Below, in pieces: positions 62,801 to 64,000 of a DNA stretch of 64,000 nucleotides. The first letter of the stretch is position 1. Every line of letters begins with the position of its first letter. Origin of the DNA: Macrostomum lignano (taxonomy: Eukaryota); contig NIVC01000393.1 of NCBI GenBank assembly GCA_002269645.1, forward strand, positions 248,001 through 312,000, given 5' to 3'. The notes below the pieces were generated by a model, which worked only from the letters and a program-made list of their open reading frames with translations, was not told where the DNA came from and searched no databases. The position numbers and the translations under genes are program-made.

Positions 62801-64000
62801 TACACATGCGCATATTCAGCCCTCCCCACAGATTCTATATTACCGACATGTCCCTAATGTACTTGGCAGCCGTCTCCGAGGCCCCGAAAACCCAGGGGTT
62901 TCGGCCATAGACACCAGCTGCTGCTAATGTCTTAAGAGCGGCAGAAGCAACAGTCTATGGTCAAAACCCCGGGGTTTTCGCGCTGCCACCAGTCTGCTGA
63001 AGTGGGCAATTTAGGTAATATAATCTGAGGCTTAACCACTAGAGTAACTAACTAAACTAACTAATCCGAAGCCAAGGGAAGCAAGTATCGCTTTTGTCGA
63101 TCTAAATGGGAATTTGGACAATCAAAGCGGGACGCCATAGACATTCAAGCCAGGCCACAGCTCACACTCTAGTCATGGACTCAAGCAGTTTAGCAAAGTC
63201 TACTGAGGGAGCCTTGGCCATAGACTATAACTTTGGACATTCAATAGGGGAAAAAGCCATTCAAAACGGGAATCGGACTGAGATTTCATCATAGCTCTCT
63301 GTCCCTCTCTCCCCTGTTTGCTCGTCTTTGGCCTGAAAGCGACCCCCATTCAATGGCGCCACCAATTCTTGCAGCAGATTGCCAGCGGCTGATTGATGCG
63401 ATTGAACAAAGGTCATCCATCGCATGAGCTGCAAGAATCGTGCAAACAACCGAATTCTGAATCGCTGCCAACTTTCGACTCGATGGCAGAGTGCAGAATC
63501 CCTTCCACGCGGTGGTCGGAAAGAAGGATTGTGCAAGGCCGGTCAGGAAATGAGAGAATTCTTCGTTGAGAAACTCGATGAAATTCCTTTCCTGACGCTC
63601 AAGGAGTTCTGACTTAATTTTGTTTTGCTTTCTGTAACGAACACTTTGTTCACTTTTAAATATTTCAGTGGCCCAGAGATATAAAGAGTACATCAAGTTG
63701 GGTGAATTCCAGTTTTAAATGGCTTTTTCCCATTTCGATTGTCCATTCCACAATCTATGGTTGTGTATTCCCAAGCAGCCCAAGTCTGTGGCCTGGCTTG
63801 AATGTCTATGGCGTCCCGTCTTGATTGTCCGAATTCCAATTTAGATCGTCAAAAGCAAGTAGTGCCCCCGCTAGACCAAGTGAGCTAACCTTGCGCTGTC
63901 GGAGCTGTTCCGACGCCTCTGCAGCTGCTGCCGCTGGCACTGGCGCTGTCCAAATTGTAGCACAGCCGGTAGAATCGCCGACCTGCCTCTGAGTTGCTAA
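59859..64000 (-). CDS. FBXL7: F-box/LRR-repeat protein 7-like, 5'-truncated by the window. Exons: >64000-63890, 62457-61634, 61127-60867, 59999-59859
   Basis: F-box LPDRVLLLAFSYL...QLCRCAAVCRSWYRLAWHPALW, then C...LTDR and cysteine-containing LRRs; all junctions are phase-compatible. Confidence 0.88.
60070..60866. repeat. About 38-bp tandem repeat made of the exon end plus 5' splice site of the FBXL7-like gene
   Basis: Minus-strand unit TGCGATTGCGTCACGGATCAG|GTGGGTGAGAGTTGCAA, about 20 copies. Confidence 0.9.
62864..62988. mobile_element. Small foldback or MITE-like inverted repeat
   Basis: TGGCAGC...CGAAAACCCAGGGGTTTCGGCCATAGAC versus GTCTATGGTCAAAACCCCGGGGTTTTCG.GCTGCCA. Confidence 0.5.
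63088..63859 (+). mobile_element. Internally deleted Tc1/mariner-IS630-like element with long TIRs (about 180 and 150 bp)
   Basis: Inverted arms at 63088-63267 and 63712-63859, TA on both sides; broken HTH-like ORF CQRLIDAIEQRSSIA*AARIV...LPRGGRK...EMREFFVEKLDEIPFLTLKE. Confidence 0.65.

Overview
Eukaryotic (invertebrate animal) genomic DNA with GC-rich exons and introns packed with many unrelated micro- and minisatellites. The TTAGGG repeats, very short introns and tandem-repeat load are consistent with a flatworm such as Macrostomum, but this is inference only. I reconstructed five genes by hand from GT-AG junctions with matching phases. (1) A 17-exon collagen XV/XVIII (multiplexin)-like gene, + strand, 2057-17392: TSPN domain, Thr-rich mucin exon, very short collagenous region, trimerization and endostatin domains, and one apparent 1-bp frameshift. 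(2) An intronless ceramide synthase, +, 29143-30270. (3) A 12-exon transmembrane adenylate cyclase, -, 50594-38536. (4) A two-exon secreted precursor carrying 9 copies of a KR/KKR-flanked 14-mer (FTRYPDFMLDRGIL) that I do not recognise, -, 53489-52007; this is the strongest novelty candidate. (5) An FBXL7-like F-box/LRR gene, -, cut by the window end, >64000-59859. Also present: a decayed piggyBac transposase, a Tc1/IS630-like remnant with long TIRs, a MULE-like MITE carrying a satellite, tRNA-derived SINE families, and a dispersed element carrying TTAGGG. Other candidates are a hidden spliced coiled-coil ORF, tandem arrays built from 5' splice sites, and inverted repeat pairs bracketing both catalytic-domain exon blocks of the cyclase. 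Most long low-complexity ORFs in the supplied track are repeat artefacts. Repeat-array boundaries are approximate. Family assignments come from recalled motifs, not database searches.
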